Origin: Acanthaster planci
Lineage: Eukaryota
NCBI RefSeq assembly: GCF_001949145.1
Contig: NW_019091358.1
Coordinates: 3,568,569-3,632,568, forward strand
DNA: 64,000 bases
Direction: 5' to 3'
Of the stretch, positions 48,606 through 62,300 are shown piece by piece. Each line of letters starts with the position of its first letter. The stretch's first letter is position 1. Position numbers and translations under genes: made by a program. The notes below the pieces were generated by a model. That model was not told the origin of the DNA. It did not search any database and worked only from the letters and a program-made list of their open reading frames with translations.

Positions 48606-51179
48606 CCCAAAGCTGCCTTTCCCGTATAATTTTTAAAAAAATTGTCCGGGGTTGGAGGGGTAGTATTGTCCTTTGGTGCCCTACCTCCCAGGATCCACCC
48701 TTAGTCACCAGGGCCACTTTTCAGTTAAAAGGCCTTAATAATCTTGCACATTTCCATTTATTCATTCTTGTCTTGCATAATGTCCGGTTGCGTCAGAATG
48801 CAAAACTGAATGATGCCTGAAACAAAGAGCTCATCAGTCCAAACTCTCTTATGCAAAGTAAAACAACTTCACTGGGGATCAACTGGCCTCAAGACTTACC
48901 GGCGTGATCTCATGAAAACTTGAAAAGTCTTGATCAAATTTAACCCCCAAGAATCTGAGTGCATTCACGAGTTTACCCACGGAACACTTGATCGTTGGCT
49001 GTCATAATAAGCTGGATGTTATTAACATTACAGCAGCCACTGCCACAATCACAATTTATGTTGGTGACGGGTGAAAATATCAGTTCAAGTCGATCAAATT
49101 TTCCATATCAGAGCGTAATGTCTCATCACATTGGAGGCATCGAAACCAATTCTGTTCAGTCAGACCCCCTGCCACTCACAGAGCGGACAATCATTTCAAA
49201 TTGCTACTGGTCTGCCAATAAATACTGCCCATGCTGATCACCTCGATAAATTAAATTGCCACCTGAAAACCCACCCATAGTGCCTTGGATAATTGCCAGA
49301 GAAAAGCCTGCAATAATTTACATGTAACTCAAAGAATGACACCTGACACGGAGACCAGACACCGATCAGCAGTTAGTGGAAGTGACTCAGTGGAGAGCAC
49401 AGCCCTACTGGCATGCTTTAACTCAATTTGTAGGTGTAACACATCTTACACTCTCAATTTCCTTCAGCAGTTCACCATGATATATCTGTCCCAGCAACTT
49501 ATTGTCATATTGTCAATTTAAGGCAGCAGCTTGTGTTTGGGGTCCTATATTGGTCAGTCAGTTGATGGCCCATGCATGTCATTTACGGCAGTTTCCAGGA
49601 TGTAAGTTTATCTCTTTGCAGCCCTCTAGTGTTGAACACACTATCACTGTAAATGTACATACGCTGCTCAGAACTGTGAATAACTGTCTGATGGGCTTGG
49701 TCACGGTACCCACTTACATGTAGATGCTTAAACTGACCAGCCTTACTTGCCCAATCAGCATTGTCTCCTTCACAGTTATAATTATGAATTTCAATTACAG
49801 TTGTTATTATTCACTTGATCACTTTATCAGCTCTTGGGCATTCTGGTTTGAGGAGATGAGAGCATAAGAACTTCATTGATCTTGTTGATGAAAGAAAACC
49901 TAATGTCCTTAAAAATCATGGCATTTGTTGACCAAGGTAGCAAGTGGTGGGTAGGCCTATCATTTCTGTTTTGCTTGATATTCACATCATTTTTCGAATT
50001 GATACTTTATGAAACGTAGGGAAGGATAATTTTGTGGACTTTGCAAAATGTACAGAAATTCACAATCATATGAGAAATCCCTTTCACCTTCAAATAGCCT
50101 CAGTATGAAGTTTAGACATGCAGCTTTTGTAAAGGGTAGACCTCATTCATGTTCATTAATGGCTTATGCAATTTCCTTCATTCTGGGAAACTCCCTTGTC
50201 GTAATCCCCTGTCATAAATCTTATCGTAAGTGAGGATTTTCTACCTGACTGTTCCATGACAGCAGCCCTGGTGTTCATTGTTTTCCCCCATGTAATCCAG
50301 GAACATTTCATCAAGCAAGAGAGTCCAGGGTCTAGTCTTTTATAAATCAAGTCCAGATATTCCGGAGGATAATCTGCCCCTGGATGTGGGGGCAGATAGT
50401 GTTTGACGGCCACAGGTTGTTTTTCCCCCAGCGCTATAATCTCGGATCAGACAGGGAGATCAGGTTGGGGGGAACATTTAGTTTGTTGCAGTCCTGCTTG
50501 TTATGGCCATGAACCCTGCGGTATGGGTTCATTTCCCTCTCAGTTCAACCGGGAGCTTGTGCCCCAGAGTAATATGGCGTCCAGAGTTTGAAGCCATTAC
50601 TGTGTACTTGGCAACGTGCACACATGCAGGTGGTATATGTGCGCGTAGCATTCCTCTTCGAACCAATAGAGTGTTGTGACTTTATAGTGAAGTGTGCGCA
50701 CCCAAGCTTAAGGCAGGGTGCCCGTGTAAATGTGGTGCCACCACACGAATGATATTTCTTCGGATCAGTCTACAGTATGTGTCAGTATTTGATGTTAGTT
50801 AAGGCTGCAACGAAATGCACACACGTATCTTTCCGGAGTTTAAGATTACTCCACTGAAAGTCAGCCACTAGTCATCATGAAGCTGGTCACAAATTACAGG
50901 GGATTATATCAGCATTGACAAAGGAATGCCTTGTCAGAGTTCATGGGAATAGCTTGTGTCTTGAGACTGGATGACTTGTGTGTGATTTGCGAGGACTTGA
51001 CTGAATGGAGCTTTCTTCACATGTAGGGCCCATTCCTAGCACGCATCAAGATCTTCACCCAAACTGAAATCAGCTTCTGTAGATTTGCATTTGTCCTATT
51101 GTTTGTTGCTATTCTGACTTGTCTTTGTAACAAGAAAGCCTTTGACTTTTTTAAATCGCTACTAAAAATAAGAAGAGTT

Positions 51180-51396
51180 CCAACCTGAAACTTCTAGTAA
51201 ATATACATCATGTTTTGTGTGAAAATGGAGCTTTCTCAGTAAATTAATTAATGAATTAATGCAGATTACCTGCCAAACATATAAGTAATAGTTTGAAATC
51301 ATTTCTGGTGATATTTCCATGTCAAATAACAAAGGTTAGATGTAACAGGGACACGGAAATGTCACACTTTTGGACCCCTAATATGTGGAATTACCC
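51180..51396. mobile_element. Partial second copy of the 13610-13853 MITE family
   Basis: attacctgccaaaca...agatgtaacagggacac..aaatgtcacacttttggacccct...tggaattaccc is shared with 13717-13853. Confidence 0.85.
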
Positions 51397-53276
51397 GTAA
51401 CACAGTAGTAATCTTAGGGTATGGTGTTTTACAGTACATCCAAAGTTTCATCCTTGATTAATTTTGTCATTTTATAACCATGTCCATGAAGGTAGGAAAT
51501 GCCATGCTCAAGACTTATAGAGTCATAGTCAGTCTAGAGTATTACCACATATGGGCATAGTGACCTTTCTCTACTGATACAGCAATCATTGTCCAAATTC
51601 AACTTTAAATATGTCAAGTTGGCAATGACAAATTTTAAATCCCATCAGTATCCGCATGTTTTAGACCTTCAAGTTTATATCTGTAGTCATGTTTTGCACA
51701 GCCAATCAATTTTTTGCAACTGAAATTTGTCATTAGTGCTTTTGTTCCACATGCTACAACGTATATAAGAAAAGCACCCTGCAACATGGAAACACCCATA
51801 CAATCAATTGCAGGCTGCTAGAACAAGCCTTGTAATTGGTCAGATTGCGTGAAATTTGTGACGTAATAGGCTATCCAAATATGGTAATACTCCAGACTGA
51901 CAGTTCAGTGTAACCTACTTTGCATTAAATAATTAATTATTCACTAGTAATGGTGGTAAAACTATTCTGATTGGCCAAAAGTAGCAGTAAGTCATTTGCA
52001 CGTTCTGTCTGAACTTTATTTTACCTTATTCTTTCTCAGTTGAACTGACAGTGTGACTGTAACTCACTGATCTAAAAGTTTGACCTGTATGCAGAAGATA
52101 ATATTTTTGTGGTTCTGTGTGTGCGAACATGTTTGTTGATTTTACAGGTCATTGTTGCTGCAGTAGCTTCTGTGCGTGTGGTACTGTTTAAAGCAAATTA
52201 ATCTTCAGGCAAGCAGGCAAAAAGCCACCCAATGACAATTTAATGTGTTTTACCTAGCGGGAGGGTTGTTTGTCTCTGAAGTAGACAGCACTGGCTCCGT
52301 TTGAAAAAAAAATCTTATAAGTGGTGATGAATTTCCTGACATTACGTCCTCTGAGTTTCAGCATTTTGTCCCTCTACAAAACTGTGGTCAAGTTTATGTG
52401 CATAGACGGTACAATTAACCGCTAAGTCATAACACTGTGTCAGAGCTAAACAGGTTGGCTGTATTTATTCCAGAAAGGGCAGTACACAAACTGCTGTGAA
52501 AATAAAAGTTTTTCTCTTTCATGTCATAAATTGTCTGCTGGATAAACTTTCCAGTGGATGATTGCATTTGACAGGATACATGTAGGTGCACGGAGGTGAC
52601 CAATTTGGCCAAATATAAAATTGAGAGGGGATCGAAGGATTCAAAATTTTCCAGCACTGGCCACAAATAAAGGTCAGGGCCAGGAAATGGAATTTTGAAA
52701 TAGATCAAAAGCGGGTGAGTCAGGAGTTTCCTTGGTTTGTTCAAGGAGGGACAAGGAAATATAAAGAGCAAGGAGAGAGTCCGTTTAATGAAAAACATCC
52801 CACGCTGGGTCAGCCGGGATTGAAATATTAGAATTGGAAGATTAGAGATGACGCCGCGCTAAAGCTCCAGTCTGGACTTTGTGTGGGGTAAAGAAAATGT
52901 CAACTCTCACATCCAAAGTAAAGTTTTGAAACCTCTTTCTTAAACAATACAGCTGCATCATCGCCAAAGCTGAGTTAGGTGGAAATGCTGTATTAAGAGG
53001 TTCATTTTGTGTGGCAAGTTAAATACGAGTACCTGTACAGTTTGTCTATTTGAGGCTATTATGATACATTTAAACATTTTCTCAAGATGAATTGCAGTAA
53101 GTTTTGGTGAACTAGACTTTTATGCAGATCTGCAAGTTTAAATTTTGAATGCATGGAAGTCGTATGGTATCTACAATTTGTTCTTGCCACTAATGGAATT
53201 TGACATACATGTACATGAATTTGGTGGAAAGATCAGAATGCAAAATCATATAGTTTGTAGAACATGAAATGCTTTG

Positions 53277-53322
53277 AACAGGTGATGGTTTACATGTAAC
53301 AGGTGATGGTTTACATGTAACA
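53277..53322. repeat. 21-bp direct tandem duplication
   Basis: aacaggtgatggtttacatgt x2 followed by aaca. Confidence 0.9.
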
Positions 53323-56300
53323 TATGACTCATGCGTAAAAGGATTTTCCCCGAAAGTGCAACTACCCTCGCCATGTTGAGCTTGTCACCATGTCTGTGCC
53401 CATCCCACCACACACACACATTTATTCTTTTGAAATTGTTATTAACCGCAGAGAGTGAATTTCATCAGAGTTAATTTTGCATTGGAAAGTTTGGGGGGTT
53501 AAATTAAGAGCTAGCCTCTTGCAGAAGCACGTTTGTCCACATGCCTACATGGCCCCCACCCCAACTCTGGCAGCGAGCATGTGTATGTGTTGGAATAAAT
53601 GACTCCAGAGACAGAAAAGGGGGTCAGCTAATTATAAACAAAGCCAGTTCACAAGTATAGGAGGAATTGTCGGGGCCCCTGCAATGAATGGGTTAGCAGA
53701 AGGATGAATGGGTGCAAATGATGCCGGGGAGGGATAGAGGGGGTCCACCGTGGGACTCAAGGGAGCCAAATGTCAGTTTGCCACAGAAAAAGCAAGAAAT
53801 GTGTTTCCAACTGAGCCATTGACCTAAACCTTGTTAATTGATTTGGGAGGGGGGTCTGTGACAGCCACAAGTTTATCTTTCACTCTCTTTTCTGTTGTTG
53901 CTGTGTAGTATGGTTTAAACTATACTATTTTCGTGGTTTTTTTTCACATACATGTTTACTGTAGAGTGAAATAAATTACTGTAGGAAAGTTTTTATGGGG
54001 GATAGTGATGTTCAGGTGAAGTATGACTGTACATATAAAAAGTACCAATCCATGGCATGTTCATTTTGGAACAAACAAAGCTACTGTCACTTTCACAGTC
54101 AAACAAATACATGCACGTCCCCCTCATGTACAAATGGATATTACTCAAGTGTGTGGTTTTATATACTGTAATGCATGACTTTTGTATGTAACCTGTTTGG
54201 CATATACTGGTTTGTATACATTAGCTGTTATGCAAGCATAGTCTGTTTAGCCATTAGTGCCTGGTATTTAGCCTAAAGGCTAAAGTAGCCTGCAGAAATT
54301 GAAGTCCATTTTTGATGCACACTGGTTTTCAGATGGACATCAAAAGAGTTGAGTTTCTGTTAGTTCCCTCCTTGTTCAGGCAAGTGATATGGGTGTGATT
54401 ACAATGATGGATTAACTGTGCTAAGTTTGAGAGGTTCAGTGGCCTTGTGTGACCAGAATTAAGTGTGACATATGGAGGGTGTGAAAGATTATATCCTTTG
54501 CTTAAAGTAGGTGGGTCTGGTTCCCCCAAGTACCTAGCTGCCTCCCCCCCTTCCACTGGCTTCCGAAGAGGTCTATTATTCATCCAGGTTTTTGCAAGAT
54601 TTTTTGCTGCTGAAGTGGGTTGGGCTGGAGGTTGATATGTGGAGGGAAACAGCCAGAATGGAGACAAATTAGCTGTTTTTGTGAAGCTAGGATGGCTTTG
54701 ATTAAGTACATAGCGATTAAATACTTTTGTCCAGCTGTATGTGCATGAGCACAGATAACAGCAAGACTATTTAAACAATAGTAAAATTTTCGAAACCTGT
54801 TGCCATTCCAACCCCAATGTAATTAGTGCCAATTGTTTTCATGTAAGCCCAAAAGCTAAAAGCAATCTCATTTATTATAGCAGTCTGAATTGGGACCTGA
54901 TATAATCCCACGCACTCCACCCTCACCGGTTATGTTTGAGGAAATTTTTAAGAGGTGGCTTGAGAATTTCTCCTGGAGATTAGACATATTTTTTGGTTCC
55001 TGGACATTTTTGGTAGAAAGTCAGACAGGAAGAATGTGTAGCCTATAAGCCATTTACCCCCATCTGTTTTTGTATCAGACAGACGTAAACTTGGTGACAT
55101 CTTCTGGAGGAAGTCAGACCAATCTTGGCTCCGCCTACTTTTAAAAAGGCCCACCTTCTTTCCATTCTTGGTTTTGTGGCTGCCTTATGGGTTCTGAGTC
55201 TGCGCGTCTGCTTTCCGATCTATTCTGGAAATTATTTCTCACTTTTGGCCCTGCTGGAATGGTGGAGTGGGAAAAGGCTGATTGGAGTGGAGAAAAATGG
55301 GAAAGGTGGCCAGAATGCCAAATGTTTCCCATTAGCTGGCTGGTACTTTGTTCCTGGTAACCGATGCCTTTTTTCCGGGGCTTAATATTTGCTTTGATTG
55401 CAAGCAAGCTCAAGGAGATTAAGTAATTTCCTGCAGCATTATGTGAAATTCTCTAAGCACTTCAGATAAACGTAGGTAGACCACGTGGGTGCCTGGTGCC
55501 TTGGAATTGTAAAAAGTGTTCGATACCACCCAGTACGTAATATCTTTGCAGTATGTAAGCAGAAGATTCAAAACCAAACACGCCACAATGTTTGTGAAAT
55601 GTGCTAGTTATGATATCTCTTGGTGAAAGTAATAGAATAGTATAGAAGTCATAACTTCTCCAGCATGCAGATGGTAGGTGCTCTTCAACCAGTGGGGAGT
55701 TGTAACTTGCCCAAGTGCATGCATTCTCAAAGTTAATATGGACCTGTGGGTGTGGTGCCATCGTAGTAACGGCACCTCTTCAGATTGTTTGTACAGATAT
55801 CACAATCGCATTGGTAAATACATGTAAATCCTTTCATGTTACATGAAAAGTAAATGTAGTTGGGGTTTTTATTAGGAAACTTATGATGCATAAAAACACT
55901 GCCCCTCATTAATGAAACTTTATGTCAACAGGATTTGTAGACTGGGTTACGGGAGAGGCACATACTCCTGTGTCACCTTTGTAACTTGGCCACTCCTTGC
56001 AATAATCACCTTACGGTACTTTCCCAAGGTGCACTCTCCATCTTTAGCAAGCTTGAGAGGGCTAGATGGGTCCCAAGATGCACTTGATGCTGGGCCTATA
56101 TGAGACGTGTTGAAGGAAACGAGGTACGGCTGAGGCGGTTGTTGAGAATTTCCGCCCATGGTTCACATTGGGCTCTGCAGTGCAGTTTCCTGATGAACAG
56201 AGACACCTTTGGTCCAGGGCTCACATAACAGCAGTCTCGGCAGTCCATTCTTGCACATGCGTGAGTGAGAGTATTGGGGGAAACGGCACGTGCATGTGTA

Positions 56301-59300
56301 TTGGGCAATGGTAGACTTACATGTGTATGACTAGTCACAGGTGTCCTCGCATTTTGGTACATCTTTACTGACCTTGCAAATTTTAATGCTTCCTGGCCAT
56401 GAGACCTGTGCACGGCATGGTCACTGTCAACTTTATTGAGATTGATTTGGAGAATTACATTGACCCTTAATTACTTGCTTCCTCGTCATTCGTTACAGCA
56501 TATTGTGAATGTGTGTACCTGGAGGAGCTAAATTCATGCTTACAGTATACACATACCACAAAGATACACCCATAAGCTCAGTTGAAGGTTTCCACCTTTT
56601 AGACATCAAACTATAGCCAGAATAGAGGTACGGTAGTACTAACTTTTTCCAGGTAATTAAAGTCATTTCTTGTAATTGTTTAACAAGCTGGGTGTCTAGT
56701 TTTTGATGTTCATTATTTATTTGTCAATTGAAAATGTAGCCAGTCAGCAACTGTGTGATATATATCTGCCTGTTTAACCTTCAAGTGTTTGCCAAGTATG
56801 CACCAAAGAATAATCCATATGATGAAAAGCATTTAAAAGACTTCGTGCACAATACATATGTACCGTATATGTACCTGGCAGTAGTGTACTCGCAGTTTGC
56901 AATAAATCATACAGTATCTGCAGCAGTGTAGACTTAGGATAAAGCAAGGAGTTGACAGACACGGAACCCTTGTCTGTTTTGGCCTGACAAATACAGCCCT
57001 TGCGTGAGCACAACACAACGTATGGTACATGCACAATGTACGCAACGTCCAGAAAATCCCACATGTTGCCTTGCCACTACTTAATGGAGAATTCGGGTTG
57101 TGATGAAAGGTTTTGATCACGGTTTACATAAGATGTGTGAAATATGTGAGCTTGTGTATTTTTGGAGCAGTTTTTTGGCTGTGCGGAGTTAATGAACAAA
57201 GACGAGGCGGGAGAGATTGGACAAAGTTTTGTGCAGTTTTTATGGGAAGTGTTGTTTTTCTTTCAAAAGCTAAACATTGAACAGGGAAAGGGTTATCAAA
57301 ATCTCCAGTGAAAAGATAGCATTTTGTCTGTGTAATTTGCTTCCCCCCTGCATCAGTTATGGCTGTAGTCATGTAGAGCCACATTCTGTAGAATATTTGA
57401 TCACCAAAAAACCAACAACATTTCAATGGCATCTCTTCCAATCAGTAATATCATACTGGTAGTTGAAAACATGCTTGAAATCCCCTTTAAGAAATGCCTT
57501 TTTTAGATTGAACGAGCACACCATGAATCTTTGGCCTATTCCCACTCTAAGGTAAACTGTAAATTTATTAACAAAATGGCCCAACCATGACATCAATAAC
57601 TCTGAGAGTTACTACAGGATAATCAGCAAAGCGCATTACTCAGCGACACCATTTGCTTATATGTCTGGCACCACAACCTAGACTCCATTCGTCATGTGCC
57701 ACACCAACTGCTGGGAACCAGATTGTGAAATCCGGTTTAGGCCTTTAAAAAAAAAAACTTTTGACATATTTTTCAAGATTTACTCTTTCCAATAAGTTTC
57801 TTGAGGGCCAAGTTAATAGTCCCAGTAGATGAGCACCTCTCATCTATGCCAAACTTCAAACATCTGAAGTTGGGAAATTCACGATTAGAAAAAAAATGGA
57901 TGGAACTGTTTCCAGTTCAGCTGTGGATGATTTGAAGTGTGAGGTGTTTTAACCTGGTGATTGATGTCCAAGTTCCCAGTTCCAAGACAGATGTGTGAAA
58001 AGGAAGGGCCCTCGGACCCTCAGGAAAACAATTTGCAGCAGTTAATCTTGAGGTGACTCCCCACAGGAGGGACAGTTGGCCATAATAATGGGAGAACCAC
58101 ACACCCTGAATATTTGCTGTAGGTTTTATTGCTCCCCAGTAGGAGACATGCAGCTTTATGGGACATCCGGACTCTTGCCATTGATCATAATAAAGCCAGT
58201 TAGTTGCCTACTGACCTAGTTCTGAGGCAAAACGTTACTCCTCTACTGCCTCTGTGTAGTGTTGCCTTGTTTAATAGTGTATGCCACTTGACACAAACAT
58301 GCAAAAACTGTGGAATATTTGCAGAGATTACTTTGAAGTCATGAAAATATTATGTGGAGCAAAAGGTGTGGTTTCCACAGGTTTCACTAAAACAGGATGG
58401 TACATGTAGCCTATAGAGGCCTTGCGTAGTGTGTAGTAGTCATCTTGCATGGCGGTTCTTTTGTTTCAAAGGGAATCCTCCATTGTACATACCCAGTGGA
58501 ACAAAGCACTGGTCTGCAACATGCCAACTGGGCAAACCCTCTATAGAAGAATTCAGAGGCCTTGGTTTGGTTAGACCATCATTGGCCATTATCTGTGGCC
58601 CCCTTTGATGGCCATATCAAGTATTTTGTGGAAGTCTTACAAACCAAACCCAACACAATACTTTCCACACGAAGGGGAGCCATCCTGAATCCTTCCTACA
58701 GCAGTCATGCTTCACTCTTCTCTTTTTCCTTTTTTTTTACGGTAGAACAGCCATATTCTCCATCACATCAAATGCTATTTTTCGTTTTTGATATCTTTTG
58801 GAGAGCTGGTACACTTTGACAGATTTTGTCTAAAAAAAACTTGTGGCATGCAGTATGATGATGGAATAGTCATGCCAGACTAGCCCATGTAAACCGAGAT
58901 AAAACTGTAGTTTCTCAATTGAGTAACTTAATAATTTTTGGGTATTTTCAGCAGCTCACTTGGTAGGAAGAGACGCTCAGCAAACCACTGGCAAGTCTGT
59001 CTGCCTCTTTTCGAACCATTTCAGGATTCTAGCCACATTCACAGGAAAGTGTGGTGGGCACGATTCAGTCGCATTCCAGCACCTCCTTGCACACATTTGA
59101 CATATTGTGCGCCCCAAGATGAAGACATCTGCTGAGTGACGCTCGGATGTGACCCCCTTCTTATATACTTCAACGCATACGTACCCAATGAGGTGAAAAT
59201 AACTGCAACATGTGTTGTTGGAGCCGCAGCCATGACATTCAGGAGAAAAAAAACTTGCACCAATGTCTGACCGCTTTTTTGTATGTGTGTGCGGTTTATT

Positions 59301-62300
59301 TGTCTGTCACCATGCAAATGTCAGACACAGTCTGCGATCCCTACAGTTACTGTTTTTGTTTTGATTTCAAGTGCTTCTTTAGCTTGATGTGAGTTCGTTT
59401 TGGATTTTGCTGCCTGTCTAAGACTGCACTTTGAACTGTGCTGTAAACAGCAAGAAGAAGTGTCAGTTCTTTAGGGGAAAGGTAAGGTAATTGACTAATT
59501 TTCATACAGTTCACAGGAAAAATGGCAAAGGCCAGGAACAAACTTTTGCTACCAGCCTGGAGGTGCTAATAACCAACAGTACAATGACTGTCTGGTACCC
59601 TCTATCCCCAAGGGCCAAATCCCTGAACGCATTTCCCGTCCTTTGATATATCTCTTCTGCCCGGCACTTTACACCTGTTATCTCGTTTCCGCCAATTTTC
59701 ACCGCAGCGTCACCTGAGAGAAATTGCAATATGCCTGCCTCCGTTCTGTCTTGAAATCAGTTTTTCCCCTTTAAACTGCTCCTGCCAACTGGACAAAAAT
59801 TTCCAAATCTGGAGGAGGGGGTGTGTATGGCCCGCACCAAGCTTCGTTGGGACTTGCATAATCACTGGGGGATTGTAGTCCTAATAGAATCCAAACGTGC
59901 CGAGAGATATGCGAGACGCTTGTTTCCTTCAATGTCTACCGCTTGGGTAAATAGATTTCATGGCAGATAGGTTTGGTCTATGGTCCCCCTCCCCCCATTG
60001 GCCATGTGATTGGTCTTGACTGATTGATTGATCGATTGATGTACCAAATTCCCTGGAGAGGGAAGGTTGTTCCCAGTGACTGCATGCATTTGCTGAGAAG
60101 TCAATCCTTGAGGATTAGAATAAAAATAGGAGAGAAAGCAATGCCCAACTTGTAATTTTGGAAGCTAGCATCTCATGCCATAACTGTCATAATTTACACT
60201 ACAGACAGGCACCTTGGTCTGGGTCCTGATGGCGGTGAATCATTGTGCCAGGTGAATGTCACACTGTCTGTTGCCAAGTTAAGATAGATCAACTGGGTTC
60301 TTTTGTGTTATTCAAGTCAAAGCGATCACAGACTGACATGTTTATTATTCATTCTTCCATGAGTTTGGCACGATATACCCATTTATCCTCATCATTTTGA
60401 ACACTTGGGTAGTTGTTACACTATCCCAAGTGGTCCAATTTTAACAGAATTACTAATCAGCTTTGATTTTGAATTTGCTAGTCAGTCATGAACTTCTACA
60501 TGCCAAACATGTTCGTGCATACATGTCTGTTTTTCAGATGAAATCGGTGCTGCCCTAGCATGTGCATTTGCATACACTCTTAGATCATTTAATGGATGTA
60601 CACATGCATAATACCAAAGTTTCCCACTTTGCCCAACATTTGGCTTGCCTCCTCACCAGATGAGGTGATAGCATCAGTCAGACAGCCATCAGAGGAGAGA
60701 ATGTATCCAATTTCCGGAGAAAAATTAAATGAAAACCCAAACTCAAACTGAAGCGTGCTCGTGAAGCAGTTTACAGTGTGCAAGCAGTTCATTGGCCGAG
60801 ATGTTGTCGGTGTATCCATGTTGGGAGCCAGCTGGGTGGAATATTCAATCAATTATCTCATAACCTAACCAGACACCTGTGCTGTAGTAGCATGGGGCAG
60901 TGACAGACTCATTTGTTTTCCTTGTAGGAAAAAAACAAGTAGGAGGGCCAGAACACGAAGGTGGTGGGCTAAATGAAGCCATGAAGCTCTCTTGATGTAA
61001 AATTTTATCAAAAAAACATTGACTTTTAGATATGCTCCGGTATTGAAACGGTCTTGGATAATCTTCAGATTTTATGTGAAATTGGAGCTTGGTAGTGTGA
61101 GGGCGGTGGTTTGGGTTGGTTTAAAATATAGATTCCCATTTAAACGCAGCACTCAAAGTGTGTGTACTAACAGATAAATGGGAATACTGAGATCAAAGGC
61201 TTCTGCAACCAGATGGATCCAATTCCCTGTGGGGAGGCAGTCATTTCTATGCGTAGCTAATATACTATTAAAATTGTAATTGGCAACATTACATGACCGA
61301 AAAAATTGGTTTACCTCTCAATGTCAGGTGGTGTCCGTAGTTATGTATGACACAAAAATGGAAACAAGATGACCGGTGCCAGGAAACATTACATTGATTT
61401 TTTGGCATTGTTTAGAAGATTAATTCCAAACAATGACTATTGCAAATGAGAAAAGTGTCACTTTCAAAATGGGAACACTGTTACTGTTGTTATGCTAGAA
61501 TTGGCAATAGAAAGGCATTGTGCAAATGAGGGTGGACTCAATTTCTCGACGCCGACAAATATTGTGTTACTTGCAGGCTACAAGCACCACCTTTGTGCAA
61601 CTTGAGAAAGTCGACCGTAATTAACCATGTGATAAATGACTTAATGACTCGCCGATTTCAATTTCAATGCGAAATGGCCCTGCTCATCAATCAGGGGATC
61701 AGGGCAGGCCCTGTCACCAGGCGCAATGGTACCACCACAGGGCTCTCCTGGGATTTGGCTAATCCACTGGGACCTTGCTAGGAAGCTTAGGCTGAGGGGA
61801 TAATCTCAAAGCCAAGACAAAAACTGTGAAAATACGCCCCTGGGATACTGACAATTTCGGTCCACTTTTGGAAGTTATATGGATTCCCATGCTCATCAGG
61901 ATCGACTCATGATTACATTTAGTGTGCCTTCCCTTGTAACCAGATGCACTCATCAAGAATTTTGCAGATTTGCAGCCATAACTTTTGCTCAGCTGTACGG
62001 ATTCACTTCAGAGAAATGGAACACAGCAACTATGCACAGACAGGACAAATGTTTGCCTCTTGGCATTTGCATGAGCAAACTATTTTGGTCAAAGAAGTCA
62101 AACCAGATGGGAATTTTTTGTAGTATCTACATGGCATGGACTTAAAATTTTAATTCTTAAAATTTCCCAAGGTTGTTTTTACCACCTCCAAAAATTTGAT
62201 TGCAAAAACAGTTGAAGGGAATAGTGTGAAATACGTCAGTGCACGTACATGTAGACTATAGGCCTATGTGTAAAACACCAGTCAGACCAATTCTTTGATA

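Noticed and set aside
47851..48820. Long ORFs of 199-274 aa
   Set aside because: Artefacts of the N gap.
61577..61616. Acceptor/donor-bounded segment (ttacttgcag|gctac...gacc|gtaatt) as Wnt exon 3
   Set aside because: Stop codon in the required phase and no Wnt similarity.
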